Positions 17,700 to 27,062 of a stretch of 64,000 nt of DNA are shown here, one piece after another; position 1 is the stretch's first letter; the number at the start of each line of letters is the position of its first letter. This stretch comes from a bacterium. GTDB taxonomy: Bacteria; Chloroflexota; Dormibacteria; Aeolococcales; Bog-877. Location: positions 2,769 to 66,768 of the forward strand of contig JAKAXE010000001.1 of NCBI GenBank assembly GCA_021816695.1, written 5' to 3'. Made by a program: the position numbers and the translations under genes. The notes under the pieces are model-generated. The model worked only from the letters and a program-made list of their open reading frames with translations. It was not told the DNA's origin and did no database searches.

Positions 17700-18392
17700 A
17701 TGCCTCCGGTCGGGCCCCAGGGGTTGGGGGCACTGCCGGTGACGGCCGCCGGCCCAGGGGAGCCTGAGCCAGCCCCACCTGACACTGCGGACCCGCGCCG
17801 GACCTATCGCCGCCTGGAGGATGCCAGGACTCTCAGGGCGCTGGCCCATCCTCTCCGCATTGCCCTCCTGGAGGCCCTGGCGGTGGAAGGCCCGCTGACC
17901 GCCACCGAGGTGTCCGAGCTGGTGGGGGAGAGCCCCACCACCTGCTCCTTCCACCTCCGCCAGCTGGCGCGCTTCGGTTTCATCGAGGAGGGGGAGCGCG
18001 GACCGGGGCGGCGCCGACCCTGGCGCATGGTCGCCCGAGCCAACACCGTCCCCCGAGTGGGCGAGGACGCGGCGGCCACGGTCGAGGCGGAGGTGCTGGG
18101 GAGCATCTTCCGCCGCCGGCTGATCGAGCACCTGGAGCTGTGGGAGGCGACGGGGTCCACCTATCCGGAGGAATGGCAGGCGGCGGCCGAGACCAATCAG
18201 TTCCTCCTCTTCGCGACCCTGGAAGAGGTAGAGGAGCTCAAGGGCCGGCTGCATGCCCTGCTGGGGGAATTCCTGCCCCGCCTCGACCCCGCAAAGCGTC
18301 CCGGAGGCACGGTCCCGGTGGAGCTCATAACGTTCATGTTCCCGGTCCGCCTCCCCCAGGCAGAGGACCGAGGGAAAATGCGCCGCAAGTAG
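17700..18392 (+). CDS. ArsR-family winged-helix transcriptional regulator with C-terminal extension
   Basis: 'LRALAHPLRIALLEALAVEGPLTATEVSELVGESPTTCSFHLRQLARFGFIEE'. The exact start is uncertain. Confidence 0.75.
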   Translation: MPPVGPQGLGALPVTAAGPGEPEPAPPDTADPRRTYRRLEDARTLRALAHPLRIALLEALAVEGPLTATEVSELVGESPTTCSFHLRQLARFGFIEEGERGPGRRRPWRMVARANTVPRVGEDAAATVEAEVLGSIFRRRLIEHLELWEATGSTYPEEWQAAAETNQFLLFATLEEVEELKGRLHALLGEFLPRLDPAKRPGGTVPVELITFMFPVRLPQAEDRGKMRRK

Positions 18393-18573
18393 GGGGCTTA
18401 GGGCCAGCCGCCACTCCGCAGCTCATTGTGCTCTATCGCACATGCGTTCCTCAGCTCCGGCTGGGGCTGCGCAGCACCGGCTGGCTGGGACGCCGCCGGG
18501 CCCGTGGCCGCCGCTCGCATATCTCGGGTTGGGCAGGCTCCAGGTGGCCGGTCCGGTACGGCGTCCGCAGCCG

Positions 18574-18595
18574 CTGAGCGGCCCCCGCCGCTCAG
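18574..18595. terminator. Perfect 9-bp stem / 4-nt loop hairpin (CTGAGCGGC-CCCC-GCCGCTCAG) between convergent genes
   Basis: Read directly from the sequence. It overlaps the stop codon of the minus-strand gene ending at 18592. No U-tract follows, so terminator function is only suggested. Confidence 0.3.
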
Positions 18596-19635
18596 TCGGG
18601 CTCGAGGATCCCCGCCCCCTCGCCCTGGTAGTCGGGGAAGCGGTGCTGGAGCTCCCTCGCCAGGAGTCCCCCCTCCCCGAGCGAGGCGAGGTATTCCGGC
18701 GTGAGCGAGCCGCCGGAGAAGCTCCGGCAGAGGAGGAGGTCAAGGGCCGTACGGCGGGAGAACATCCCGCAGGACGCCACCCCCACCACCTCACACGATC
18801 CCAACCGGGCCACCCAGTAGCTGCTCCCGGGATGTACGGGAATGCCCCGGCGCACCGCGAGCGCACCGGCTTCAAGAAGCGCTCGCCACGGGCGGTCCAG
18901 AGGGTCGATCGAGGCCACGCCGGCCACCAGCAGGAGGTCGGCGGTGGCCACCATGGAACTCATCACCTCCCGGTCCACCGCGCCGCGATCGGGAAGGTAC
19001 CTGACCTCGCGCACCGATCCCTGCAGCCACTCCACCTTGAGCCGGAGCGCCTCCTCGAACCGGGCCCGGCGGGTCTGGCTGAGCCCCTCCAGCACCAGGG
19101 CGCTCACCCGGCGGGGCAGGAAGGGGTGGACGTCCACCACCCCGCCGGTCCCCGCCCGGGCCTCGGCCTCCTCCAGCGCCTCCGACGGGATGCCCAGCCC
19201 GGTCACCTTGACCCCGGCCACCGAGCGCCCCGACTCCACCGGCATCCCGTCGGGGAGGGTGAAGACGGTGACCCCCTCCAGCGCGTTGAGGGCCAGCAGG
19301 CGCTCCGAGGCCACGTGGACCAGTCCCCGCCAGCGCGCCCGGCAGGTCACCTGGGACTCGACCGGCCGACCGGCCAGCAACCCCTCCCCGGCCACCCGCG
19401 CCACCAGCCGCGCCGCCGCCGAGTCCTCATCCACGTCCCCCGGCTCCAGGAACACCAGGTGGAGCTCGCCCGGCGCGGCCGCCTCCAGGAGCAGGTCGTC
19501 GGCGCGCTCCAGCCGGTGGCCCTTGGCCAGCAACCGGGTTCCGTCCCCGGCTCTCAGGTCCTGGCAGAGCATCCCTCCCAGCCAGCGCTCAGGAGAGCCC
19601 CGCCAGCCGTCCGCCGGAATGGACTCAGCCCGCAT
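18592..19635 (-). CDS. Molybdopterin-binding (MoCF_BD-like) accessory protein, last gene of the Mo-hydroxylase operon
   Basis: 347 aa. The C-terminal 'ADLLLVAGVASIDPLD...GIPVHPGSSYWVARLG...VVGVASCG' resembles MoeA/CinA-type molybdopterin-binding domains. Its start overlaps the MocA stop. Confidence 0.55.
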   Translation of the reverse strand: MRAESIPADGWRGSPERWLGGMLCQDLRAGDGTRLLAKGHRLERADDLLLEAAAPGELHLVFLEPGDVDEDSAAARLVARVAGEGLLAGRPVESQVTCRARWRGLVHVASERLLALNALEGVTVFTLPDGMPVESGRSVAGVKVTGLGIPSEALEEAEARAGTGGVVDVHPFLPRRVSALVLEGLSQTRRARFEEALRLKVEWLQGSVREVRYLPDRGAVDREVMSSMVATADLLLVAGVASIDPLDRPWRALLEAGALAVRRGIPVHPGSSYWVARLGSCEVVGVASCGMFSRRTALDLLLCRSFSGGSLTPEYLASLGEGGLLARELQHRFPDYQGEGAGILEPD

Positions 19636-20269
19636 TGCCCGTTGGGGTCCGGATCCCGGCGAGATCGGCGGCGACCAGTGCCTGGTAGTCCTCCTCGGTG
19701 TCGCAGTCCACCGGCCGCCAGCTGGAGGGCAGGTCGACCCACCTCAGCTCCTCGCCCAGCCCGGCCAGGATCGGCCCAGCTCCCCGGTCTCCCCGGAGCC
19801 GTTCCACCAGGGGCCAGGTGGCCGGGCCCAGCGCCACCGGGTGGCCGGGGGAGGCGCGATCCCCCCCGTACGCCACGCTCCAGGCTGCGGAGCCGCCCTG
19901 GGCCACCGCTTCCAGCACCGCGGCCACCGCCTCCGGCCGGAGGCCGACCTGGTCGGCCAGCCCCACCAGGACCGCCTCGGGCTGATGGCGCGCAGCCGCG
20001 CGCAGCCCCACCCGGAGCGAGTACGACTGACCCCGGGCGGCCTCCGGGCTCGCCACCCACTCCGCCGCGGGCAGCCGGCCCGCTTTGGACCTAAGCTCCT
20101 CGGGGTCCCTGGCGACGACGAGGAGCGGCTCCGCGCCCCCCTCATGGGCGGCCCAGAGGGCATTTGCCAGTAGGGTCCTCCCCCCCAGCTCCAGCAGCGG
20201 CTTGGGCCGGCCCATGCGAGAGCTGGCGCCGGCCGCCAGCACCATGAAGGGCTGGCTCACAGGCTTCAT
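19625..20269 (-). CDS. MobA-like NTP transferase (probably molybdenum cofactor cytidylyltransferase, MocA type)
   Basis: 'FMVLAAGASSRMGRPKPLLELGGRTLL' is the nucleotidyl-transferase signature. ATGA overlaps the XdhC stop. The track ORF's 5' extension is rejected. Confidence 0.8.
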   Translation of the reverse strand: MKPVSQPFMVLAAGASSRMGRPKPLLELGGRTLLANALWAAHEGGAEPLLVVARDPEELRSKAGRLPAAEWVASPEAARGQSYSLRVGLRAAARHQPEAVLVGLADQVGLRPEAVAAVLEAVAQGGSAAWSVAYGGDRASPGHPVALGPATWPLVERLRGDRGAGPILAGLGEELRWVDLPSSWRPVDCDTEEDYQALVAADLAGIRTPTGNAG

Positions 20270-21327
20270 CCGGTCTGGAGGGGCAGCCCGCTGCGCCCGT
20301 AGCGGACGGCCACGGCTTCGGCCAGGATGGCCAGCGCCTGCTCGGCCGGGGTGGCGCCCCCCAAATCCAGCCCGACCGGACCGTGGATGCGAGGGAGGGA
20401 CTGCGGGTCTGCCCCCAACTCGATGAGCCGTTGCCGCCTCGCCTCCTGGGTCTTCCGGCTGCCGATGGCCCCGATGTACCCGACCCCGCTCCGCAGCAGG
20501 GCCAGCAGGGTGGGGTCGTCGAACTTGGGATCGTGGGTCAGGCAGACCGCCGCGTCCCGGGACCCGAGCCGGAGCCGGGCCAGGGCGTTTTGGGGCCACT
20601 CCTGCATCAGCTCGTCCGCGCTGGGGAAGCGTTCGCGGGTCAGAAACCTCTCTCGGGGGTCCACCACCAGCACCCGGTACCCCACCTCCTGGGCCAGCCG
20701 GCAGAGGGAGGATCCGGTGTCCACGGCGCCCACGATCACCATCTCCGGGGCGGTGCCCAGAGGTTCCAGCAGGATCTCGGTCCCCAGGACCACTTCGACC
20801 CCCGCGCGACCACTGCGCAGGTGCGGGGAGGCCGCCGCGGTGAGAGCCGCCAGCTCGGCTGGTCCGCCAGCCCCCACCAGCCGCCCGCCGGCAAGGAGCA
20901 CCCTGCGACCCACCTCAGGGCCGGCGATCCAGGTGCAGAGCACGGCGTCCGCCCCGCTCTGCGCCGCCTCCTTGAGCTCGGCCACCAGGGGGTCCTCGGA
21001 GTCCCAGCGGAGACGCTCCACGAAGATGTCCACCTCCCCCCCGCAGGCCAGCCCCACCGTCCAGCCCAGCTCGTCCGCGATCCCGTAGTGGAGGACCCGG
21101 GGCGTTTCCCCGGAGAGGGTCCGGAGCCCCTGCTCCACAACCTCCGCCTCCAGGCAACCCCCGCTGACCGATCCCGCCATCCTCCCGTCCGGGGCGATCG
21201 CCAGCCGGGCCCCGGGAGGACGAGGAGTCGAGCCCCAGGTGCGCACCACGGTAGCCACCGCCACCTCGGGGTACTGGGAGGCCCAGTCGTCCAGGGTCGG
21301 TATGAGTTCAAGCAAGGCTCGGCCCAT
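20266..21327 (-). CDS. XdhC/CoxF-family molybdoenzyme maturation protein
   Basis: 'ATVVRTWGSTPRPPGARLAIAPDGRMAGSVSGGCLEAEVV' plus the Rossmann half 'MVIVGAVDTGSSLCRLA'. Confidence 0.88.
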   Translation of the reverse strand: MGRALLELIPTLDDWASQYPEVAVATVVRTWGSTPRPPGARLAIAPDGRMAGSVSGGCLEAEVVEQGLRTLSGETPRVLHYGIADELGWTVGLACGGEVDIFVERLRWDSEDPLVAELKEAAQSGADAVLCTWIAGPEVGRRVLLAGGRLVGAGGPAELAALTAAASPHLRSGRAGVEVVLGTEILLEPLGTAPEMVIVGAVDTGSSLCRLAQEVGYRVLVVDPRERFLTRERFPSADELMQEWPQNALARLRLGSRDAAVCLTHDPKFDDPTLLALLRSGVGYIGAIGSRKTQEARRQRLIELGADPQSLPRIHGPVGLDLGGATPAEQALAILAEAVAVRYGRSGLPLQTG

Positions 21328-22483
21328 CCCTCCGGGCCCGGCGCCGCCGCCCGCTCTCGTCGAGCCGGAGGACCCGGCTCAGCTCCAGCAGGCTGGCGTA
21401 GTTGTGGACCGGCTGGAGGCGGTCCACGTGGGGAAGCGCCGCCCGCATCCCCGCCGCCTCGGGACGGAAGTCGGGATCGCCCATCCGCGGGTTGCACCAG
21501 ATGAAGAGGCGGCTGCCCCGCCGCAGCCGAGCGGCCGCCTCCGCCAGCCTGGAGACGTCCCCGGTCTCCCAGCCGTCGCTGAGCAGGATGGTCACCGGCC
21601 CGCGGCTGAGCGCCCGCCCGCCCCATCTGGTGAGCAGTTCGTGGAGGCAGTCACCGATGCGCGTCCCCCCAGACCAGTCTGGGACGGCGGCGCCCACCGC
21701 TCTCAGCGCCGCGGCAGGATCCGCCTGCCGGAGCTCCCGGGTGACCCGGGTGAGGCGGGTGCCGAAGAGAAAGGCCTCAGCGCCCGGGGAGGTCCTCTCC
21801 AGAGCGTGCAGGAAGCGCACCATCAGCCGAGCGTAGCGCTCCATCGACCCACTGACGTCGCAGATCAGCAGCAGCTGCACCGGCCGCTCCCCCCGGCGCC
21901 GGCGGCGCAGCCGCAGCGGTTCACCCCCGGAGCGCAGCGCCGCGGCGCTGGTGCGGCGCCAATCGAGCTGTCGGCCCCGGCGGGCGGGGCGGTAGCGCCG
22001 GGAACGGCGCAGCGCCGGCCGCGCAGCCAGCTCGGCCACGGCCCGTTCCAGGTCGGCCAGCTCCTCGCTGGTGCAGGCGGCGAAGTCCAGCCGGCGCAGT
22101 CGCTCCTCCAGGCTGGCGATCCCCCGCGGCTGCCCCTCGGACCACGGCCCGGTCGCGTCGGAGGCCGCACCCGGGGCCTCAGCGCGCACGCTCACCTGGG
22201 CCACCGGGCGGGCCAGCCGCGAGGGCTCCGGGCGCGGACCACCCAGCTCCTCCCGGAAGGCGCGGTCGAAGACGGCCAGGTCCCCGCGCTGGTGGCACCA
22301 GCAGCAGCGCAGTGCCAGTCGGAGCCGGGCCCGGTCCTCCACGCCCACCAGGGCCGCGGCTCTGAGCCCCAGCAGCAGCTCGGAGGTGCCCACCGGCAGC
22401 CCCTCGCGCCGAAGCCGCCGGGCCAGCCCGACCAGGGTGGGCACGAGCCCTGCCGTCTCCGCCCTGACCTCAGCCCCCGACAC
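21308..22483 (-). CDS. VWA-domain protein, CoxE-like
   Basis: 'LLLICDVSGSMERYARLMVRFLHAL' is a MIDAS-type DxSxS motif. Positioned directly after a MoxR-type ATPase. Confidence 0.85.
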   Translation of the reverse strand: MSGAEVRAETAGLVPTLVGLARRLRREGLPVGTSELLLGLRAAALVGVEDRARLRLALRCCWCHQRGDLAVFDRAFREELGGPRPEPSRLARPVAQVSVRAEAPGAASDATGPWSEGQPRGIASLEERLRRLDFAACTSEELADLERAVAELAARPALRRSRRYRPARRGRQLDWRRTSAAALRSGGEPLRLRRRRRGERPVQLLLICDVSGSMERYARLMVRFLHALERTSPGAEAFLFGTRLTRVTRELRQADPAAALRAVGAAVPDWSGGTRIGDCLHELLTRWGGRALSRGPVTILLSDGWETGDVSRLAEAAARLRRGSRLFIWCNPRMGDPDFRPEAAGMRAALPHVDRLQPVHNYASLLELSRVLRLDESGRRRRARRDGPSLA

Positions 22484-23399
22484 CGGCCTCGGCCAGGAGT
22501 TCGGGAAGCCTGGCTCCGGACACCGCCGCCAGGTCCTCCTGGTACTTGAGCAGGCTGCCCAGGGTGGCGGCCACCAGCTCGGGGTCCAGCCGGTTGCGCT
22601 CCAGCGCCATCAGGGCGGCGGCCCAGTCGAGGGTCTCGGCCACCCCGGGCAGCTTGTAGAGCTGCAGGGAGCGCAACTGCTGCACGAAGGCCACCACCTG
22701 GCGGGCCAGCTGGGCGGGGACCTCGGGAAGGCGCAGGCGCACGATCGCCAGCTCCTCGGTGAACCCCGGGTAGTCGATCCAGTGGTAGAGGCAGCGCCGT
22801 TTCAGGGCGTCGTGGAGTTCGCGGGTCCGGTTGGAGGTGAGGAGCACCAGTGGGGGACTCGCGCAGCTGAGGGTGCCGCGCTCGGGGATGGTCACCTGCC
22901 AGTCGGAGAGCATCTCCAGGAGGAAGGCCTCGAACTCGTCGTCGCTGCGGTCGACCTCATCGATGAGCAGCACCCGGCGCTGCCCGTCCGCCGGCGCCAG
23001 GGCCTCCAGGAGGGGCCGGCGGATGAGAAAGCGGTCGGAGTAGAGGTCGAGGTCCGGCCCTTCCCCCTCATGCTGCCGGATCGCCAGCAGCTGGCGGGCG
23101 TGGTTCCATTCGTACAGCGCCTGGCTCACGTCGATGCCCTCATAGCACTGCAGCCGCACCAGCTGGGCGCCCAGCACCCTGGAGAGCGCCTTGGCCAGCT
23201 CGGTCTTCCCCACCCCCGCCTCTCCCTCGAGGAGTACCGGTCGCTCCAGCTTGAGCCCCAGGTAGGCGACGGTGGCCAGGGCTGGATCGGCGAGGTAGCT
23301 GGCGGCGGCCAGCCGGGAGCGCATCTCCTCGACCGAGTCGAGGCCCTCAGCTCCCGGCCAGCCGAACTCCTCCGGCGCCCCTTCCGCGCCCCGACCCAC
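22470..23399 (-). CDS. MoxR-class AAA+ ATPase, CoxD-like
   Basis: Walker A 'GEAGVGKTELAKAL' and Walker B 'VLLIDEVDR'. 309 aa. Confidence 0.9.
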   Translation of the reverse strand: MGRGAEGAPEEFGWPGAEGLDSVEEMRSRLAAASYLADPALATVAYLGLKLERPVLLEGEAGVGKTELAKALSRVLGAQLVRLQCYEGIDVSQALYEWNHARQLLAIRQHEGEGPDLDLYSDRFLIRRPLLEALAPADGQRRVLLIDEVDRSDDEFEAFLLEMLSDWQVTIPERGTLSCASPPLVLLTSNRTRELHDALKRRCLYHWIDYPGFTEELAIVRLRLPEVPAQLARQVVAFVQQLRSLQLYKLPGVAETLDWAAALMALERNRLDPELVAATLGSLLKYQEDLAAVSGARLPELLAEAGVGG

Positions 23400-23414
23400 C
23401 AGCCTTGACCGACC

Positions 23415-24221
23415 TCAGGCCGCCTGTTCCAGGGCCCTGCGGGTGAGGACCTGGGCGAGATGCCGCCGGTAGTCCGCCGAGGCCCGCGCGTCGCTGGGGG
23501 GCTCCAGGCCGTCCGCGGCGGCGCCGGCCGCCTCCGTGAAGGAGGCCCCGGCCTGCAGGCGGCTCTCCACCGCGGCCGCTCTCACCGCGGTCGGGCCGAC
23601 GTGCGTCAGCCCCACGCGCCACCCGGAGTCCAGCTTCTGCACGGCCGCCCCGACGATGGCCCAGTCGTAAAGCCGGCGGCGGAACTTGATGTACCGGTGC
23701 GGTCCCGGGGCCATGGGGAAGACCACCTCGCAGACCAGCTCGTCATCGGCGAGCGCGGTGGTGAAGAGGTGCTGAAAGAAGTCCCGGGCGGCCACGCGGC
23801 GCCGGTCCGTGACGATGGTGGCGTCGAGCATGACCGCCAGCGTGGGGTAGTCTCCCGCGGCATCGGCGTGGGCGAAGACTCCACCCAGGGTGCCCCGGGC
23901 CCGGATCTGCGGGTCGCCCACCTGGGCGGCCATCTCCGCCAGCAGGGGGAGGTGGCGCTGCACCAGCTCGGAGCGGACCAGGGTGGAGTGCCTGGTCATG
24001 GCACCCACGCGCAGGAGGTCGCCCTCGGGGTGGACGTAGTCGAGCTCGCGAACCCCATTGACGTCGACCAGATGGGAGGGCTGGGAGAGCCGGAGCCGCA
24101 GGAGGGGGATCAGGCTCTGCCCCCCGGCGATGACCTTGGCCTCCGGACCGGCCTCGCGGAGCTGGGCCACCGCCTCCTTCACCGAGCCTGCCTTCGAGTA
24201 CTGGAATGCTGCTGGAATCAC
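23415..24221 (-). CDS. Molybdenum hydroxylase FAD-binding medium subunit (CoxM / xanthine dehydrogenase family)
   Basis: 'KVIAGGQSLIPLLRLRL', 268 aa. ATGA overlaps the large-subunit stop. Confidence 0.92.
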   Translation of the reverse strand: MIPAAFQYSKAGSVKEAVAQLREAGPEAKVIAGGQSLIPLLRLRLSQPSHLVDVNGVRELDYVHPEGDLLRVGAMTRHSTLVRSELVQRHLPLLAEMAAQVGDPQIRARGTLGGVFAHADAAGDYPTLAVMLDATIVTDRRRVAARDFFQHLFTTALADDELVCEVVFPMAPGPHRYIKFRRRLYDWAIVGAAVQKLDSGWRVGLTHVGPTAVRAAAVESRLQAGASFTEAAGAAADGLEPPSDARASADYRRHLAQVLTRRALEQAA

Positions 24222-26563
24222 CGCCCTGCCTCCTGCATCAGCCGCCAGAGCCGGTCCGGGCTGGCGGGCATGTCCACATGGTGGATCCCCAGCGGCCGCA
24301 GGGCCTCGCAGACGGCGTTGATCACCGCTGCCGAGGCCGCGATCGTCCCCGCCTCCCCGATCCCCTTCACGCCCAGGGCGTTGGTGGGGCTGGGAGTCAC
24401 GGTCCGGTCGAGCTTGGGGGTGGGGAGCTCGTTCATGGTGGGGACCAGGTAGTCCAGCATGGTCCCGGTCACCAGCTGCCCGGACTCGCCGTCGTAGACC
24501 ACCTCCTCGAAGAGCGCCTGGGCGATGCTCTGGGCGATGCCGCCCTGGACCTGACCCTCGACGATCATCGGGTTGATGACGTTGCCGCAGTCATCCACCC
24601 CGGTGTAGCTGAGGATCTCCACCGCCCCGGTCTCGCGATCCACCTCCACGACGCAGACGTGGGCCCCGAACGGCCAGACGAAGTTGGGGGGGTCGAAGTG
24701 GCTCACCGCCTCCAGCCCCTGCTCCATCCCCGCCGGGAGATTGCCGCCGTAGCTGGCCAGGGCCACCTCCTGGATCGTCTTCTTGGCCTGGGGGTTGCCC
24801 CGGACGGTGAAGGCGCCGGCGGTGAACTCCAGGTCGTCCGGCGAGGCCTCCAGAAGGTGCGCCGCCAGCTTCCTCGCCTTGGCGAGGATCTCCTGGGAGG
24901 CGGTGTAGAGGGCCATCCCCCCCACCGACAGGCTGCGGCTGCCGTAGGTGCCGTAGCCGAACGCCGGGCCCTCGGCGGTGTCCCCGTGACGCAGGTCGAC
25001 CGCCTCCAGCGGGACCCCCAGGGTCTCGGCCACCAGCTGCGAGAAGGTGGTGTCATGCCCCTGCCCGTGGGCGTGGGTCCCGACGTACGCGGCCACCGAG
25101 CCGGAGGGCAGGAAGCGGATCTGGGCGGACTCCACCAGGGCGATCCCCCCGGTGGCGCCGGCGGTGGCGGCGCTGGGGCCGAAGCCGCAGATCTCCACCC
25201 AGGTCGAGAGCCCGATGCCGACCAGCTTGCCCTCCGCTCGGGCCGCCGCCTGGCGCTGCCGCCAGCCCTGGTAGTCGGAGAGCTCCAGGGCTCGGTCGAG
25301 GGTGCCGTCGTAGTTGCCGGAGTCGTAGGTGAGGCCGAAGTTGTTCACGAAGGGGAACTCGCGGGCGAAGTTCTTGCGCCGGAGCTCGGCGGGGTCCATT
25401 CCCAGCTCGTCGGCCATCCGGTCCACCATCCGCTCGCAGAGATGGGTGCCCTCGGGCCGGCCCGCCCCGCGGTAGGGGTCGGTGGGCACCTTGTTGGTGA
25501 GCACCCCTACGGTGCGGGCGGAGATCGCCTCCCAGCGGTACACCCCTCCCGCCATGAGGCAGGCGCAGGCCTGGAAGGCCCCGAAGGTCCCGTGGTAGGC
25601 GCCGAGGTCCAGCACCTGGGTCAGGCGCAGCCCCAAAAGGGTCCCATCCCGGAGGGCCGCCGCCTCCGCGGTGAACACCTGGCCCCGGCCGTGGATGGTG
25701 GTCATGACGCTCTCGGTCCTCGTCTCGATCCAGCGCACCGGGCGGCCCAGGAGCTTGGAGGCGGCCGGCACCAGGTAGTCCTCGGGGTAGGGGCTGATCT
25801 TGCTGCCGAAGCCGCCGCCCACGTCTGGGGAGACCACCCTGACACGGCTCTCCGGGATCCCCATGGCCCCGGAGACGAAGAGGCGGATGAAGTGGGGGTT
25901 CTGGCTGCTGAGCCAGAGGCTGAGGTCCTCGGAGTAGGGGGAGTAGCTCGCCATCACCCCCCGGGTCTCCATGGCCGTGGGGGCCAGCCGCTGCTGGATG
26001 ATGCGCTCCTTCACCACTACCTCGGCCCGGCTGAAGGCGGCGTCGATGTCGCCCCCCGCGTAGGTCATGTCCCAGCCGATGTTGTCCGGACCGTCGGTGT
26101 GGACCAGGGGGCTGCCCGGATTCATCGCCCCCTCCGGGTCCACCACCGCCGGCAGGGGCTCGTAGGTGACATGGACAAGGTCGGCGGCGTCCGCGGCCAG
26201 GTAGCGGTCGTTGGCCACCACCACCGCCACCGGCTCCCCCTGGAAGCAGACCTCGCGCTCGGCGATCGGGAAGCGCTCCGGCACGTACTTCTTCTCCGGG
26301 GCGAAGGCCGGGGTGACCGGCATGCTCCCGCTGAGGACCTTGTGGAAGTCGGCGGCGGTGAGCACCGCCAGCACCCCCGGGAGTGCCCGGGCCGCCGCGG
26401 TGTCGATGCCGAGGATGAGGGCGTGGGGGTGGGGGCTGCGCACCACCGCCAGGTGGGTCAGCCCGGGCAGGGTGTGGTCCTCGATGAAGCGCCCATGGCC
26501 GGTGATCAGCCGCGGGTCCTCGCGGCGCTGGACCCGGGCTCCGATCAGCTGAGTGACCGCCAT
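24218..26563 (-). CDS. Molybdopterin-binding large subunit of a CoxL-family (form-II-like) molybdenum hydroxylase
   Basis: 781 aa aldehyde oxidase / xanthine dehydrogenase architecture. The active-site loop reads 'PYRGAGR', not the CO-dehydrogenase form I 'AYRCSFR'. Confidence 0.93.
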   Translation of the reverse strand: MAVTQLIGARVQRREDPRLITGHGRFIEDHTLPGLTHLAVVRSPHPHALILGIDTAAARALPGVLAVLTAADFHKVLSGSMPVTPAFAPEKKYVPERFPIAEREVCFQGEPVAVVVANDRYLAADAADLVHVTYEPLPAVVDPEGAMNPGSPLVHTDGPDNIGWDMTYAGGDIDAAFSRAEVVVKERIIQQRLAPTAMETRGVMASYSPYSEDLSLWLSSQNPHFIRLFVSGAMGIPESRVRVVSPDVGGGFGSKISPYPEDYLVPAASKLLGRPVRWIETRTESVMTTIHGRGQVFTAEAAALRDGTLLGLRLTQVLDLGAYHGTFGAFQACACLMAGGVYRWEAISARTVGVLTNKVPTDPYRGAGRPEGTHLCERMVDRMADELGMDPAELRRKNFAREFPFVNNFGLTYDSGNYDGTLDRALELSDYQGWRQRQAAARAEGKLVGIGLSTWVEICGFGPSAATAGATGGIALVESAQIRFLPSGSVAAYVGTHAHGQGHDTTFSQLVAETLGVPLEAVDLRHGDTAEGPAFGYGTYGSRSLSVGGMALYTASQEILAKARKLAAHLLEASPDDLEFTAGAFTVRGNPQAKKTIQEVALASYGGNLPAGMEQGLEAVSHFDPPNFVWPFGAHVCVVEVDRETGAVEILSYTGVDDCGNVINPMIVEGQVQGGIAQSIAQALFEEVVYDGESGQLVTGTMLDYLVPTMNELPTPKLDRTVTPSPTNALGVKGIGEAGTIAASAAVINAVCEALRPLGIHHVDMPASPDRLWRLMQEAGR

Positions 26564-26567
26564 CTCC

Positions 26568-27062
26568 CTACCCTCCGATCGGGGCCGCAGCCCCCTCGCG
26601 CATCGCCAGGGCCGCCGCCTTCACCGCCTTGCGGATGTTGACGTAGCCGGTGCACCGGCAGAGATTGCCCTCCAGCCCCCTCCCGATCTCCTCGTCCGAG
26701 GGGTCGTGGTTCTCGGCCAGGAGCGCGGCGGCCGCCATGATGAACCCGGGGGTGCAGTAGCCGCACTGAAGTCCGTGGTTCTCCCAGAAGGCGGTCTGGA
26801 GCGGGTGGAGCCCTCCCTCCGGGGCCAGCCCCTCGATGGTGGTGATCTCGGCACCGTCCGCCTGCAGCGCCAGCATGTTGCAGGACTTGACCGCGGCCCC
26901 GTCCAGGAGCACGGTGCAGGCACCGCACTGGCTGGTGTCGCAGCCCACGTGGGTGCCGGTCAGCCCGCACGTCTCCCGCAGATAGTGCACCAGGAGGAGG
27001 CGGGGCTCGACCTCGTCGCTGCGCGCCTCCCCGTTCACCGTGACCCGCAGAGTCTGTCCCAT
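26568..27062 (-). CDS. [2Fe-2S]-binding small subunit (CoxS / xanthine dehydrogenase family)
   Basis: '[16 protein letters not shown]' and 'CGYCTPGF', 164 aa from the ATG at 27062, preceded by GGAGGG. The track ORF's 5' extension is rejected. Confidence 0.93.
   Translation of the reverse strand: MGQTLRVTVNGEARSDEVEPRLLLVHYLRETCGLTGTHVGCDTSQCGACTVLLDGAAVKSCNMLALQADGAEITTIEGLAPEGGLHPLQTAFWENHGLQCGYCTPGFIMAAAALLAENHDPSDEEIGRGLEGNLCRCTGYVNIRKAVKAAALAMREGAAAPIGG

Noticed and set aside
24218-26563. Calling the operon an aerobic carbon-monoxide dehydrogenase (form I CODH).
   Set aside because: The large-subunit active-site loop is PYRGAGR rather than the Cu-binding AYRCSFR. The gene order is S-L-M, not the M-S-L order typical of form I.
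24206-26641. An 811-aa ORF on the plus strand opposite the CoxL-family gene. Similar long antisense or alternate-frame ORFs include 120-1640, 18442-20094, 32850-35084, 45574-46854, 56232-57746 (5' part) and 61609-63027.
   Set aside because: The translations are Arg/Pro/Gly/His-rich low-complexity sequence with no recognisable motifs. Each one overlaps a gene with clear family signatures. Long stop-free shadow frames are expected in DNA of about 70% GC.
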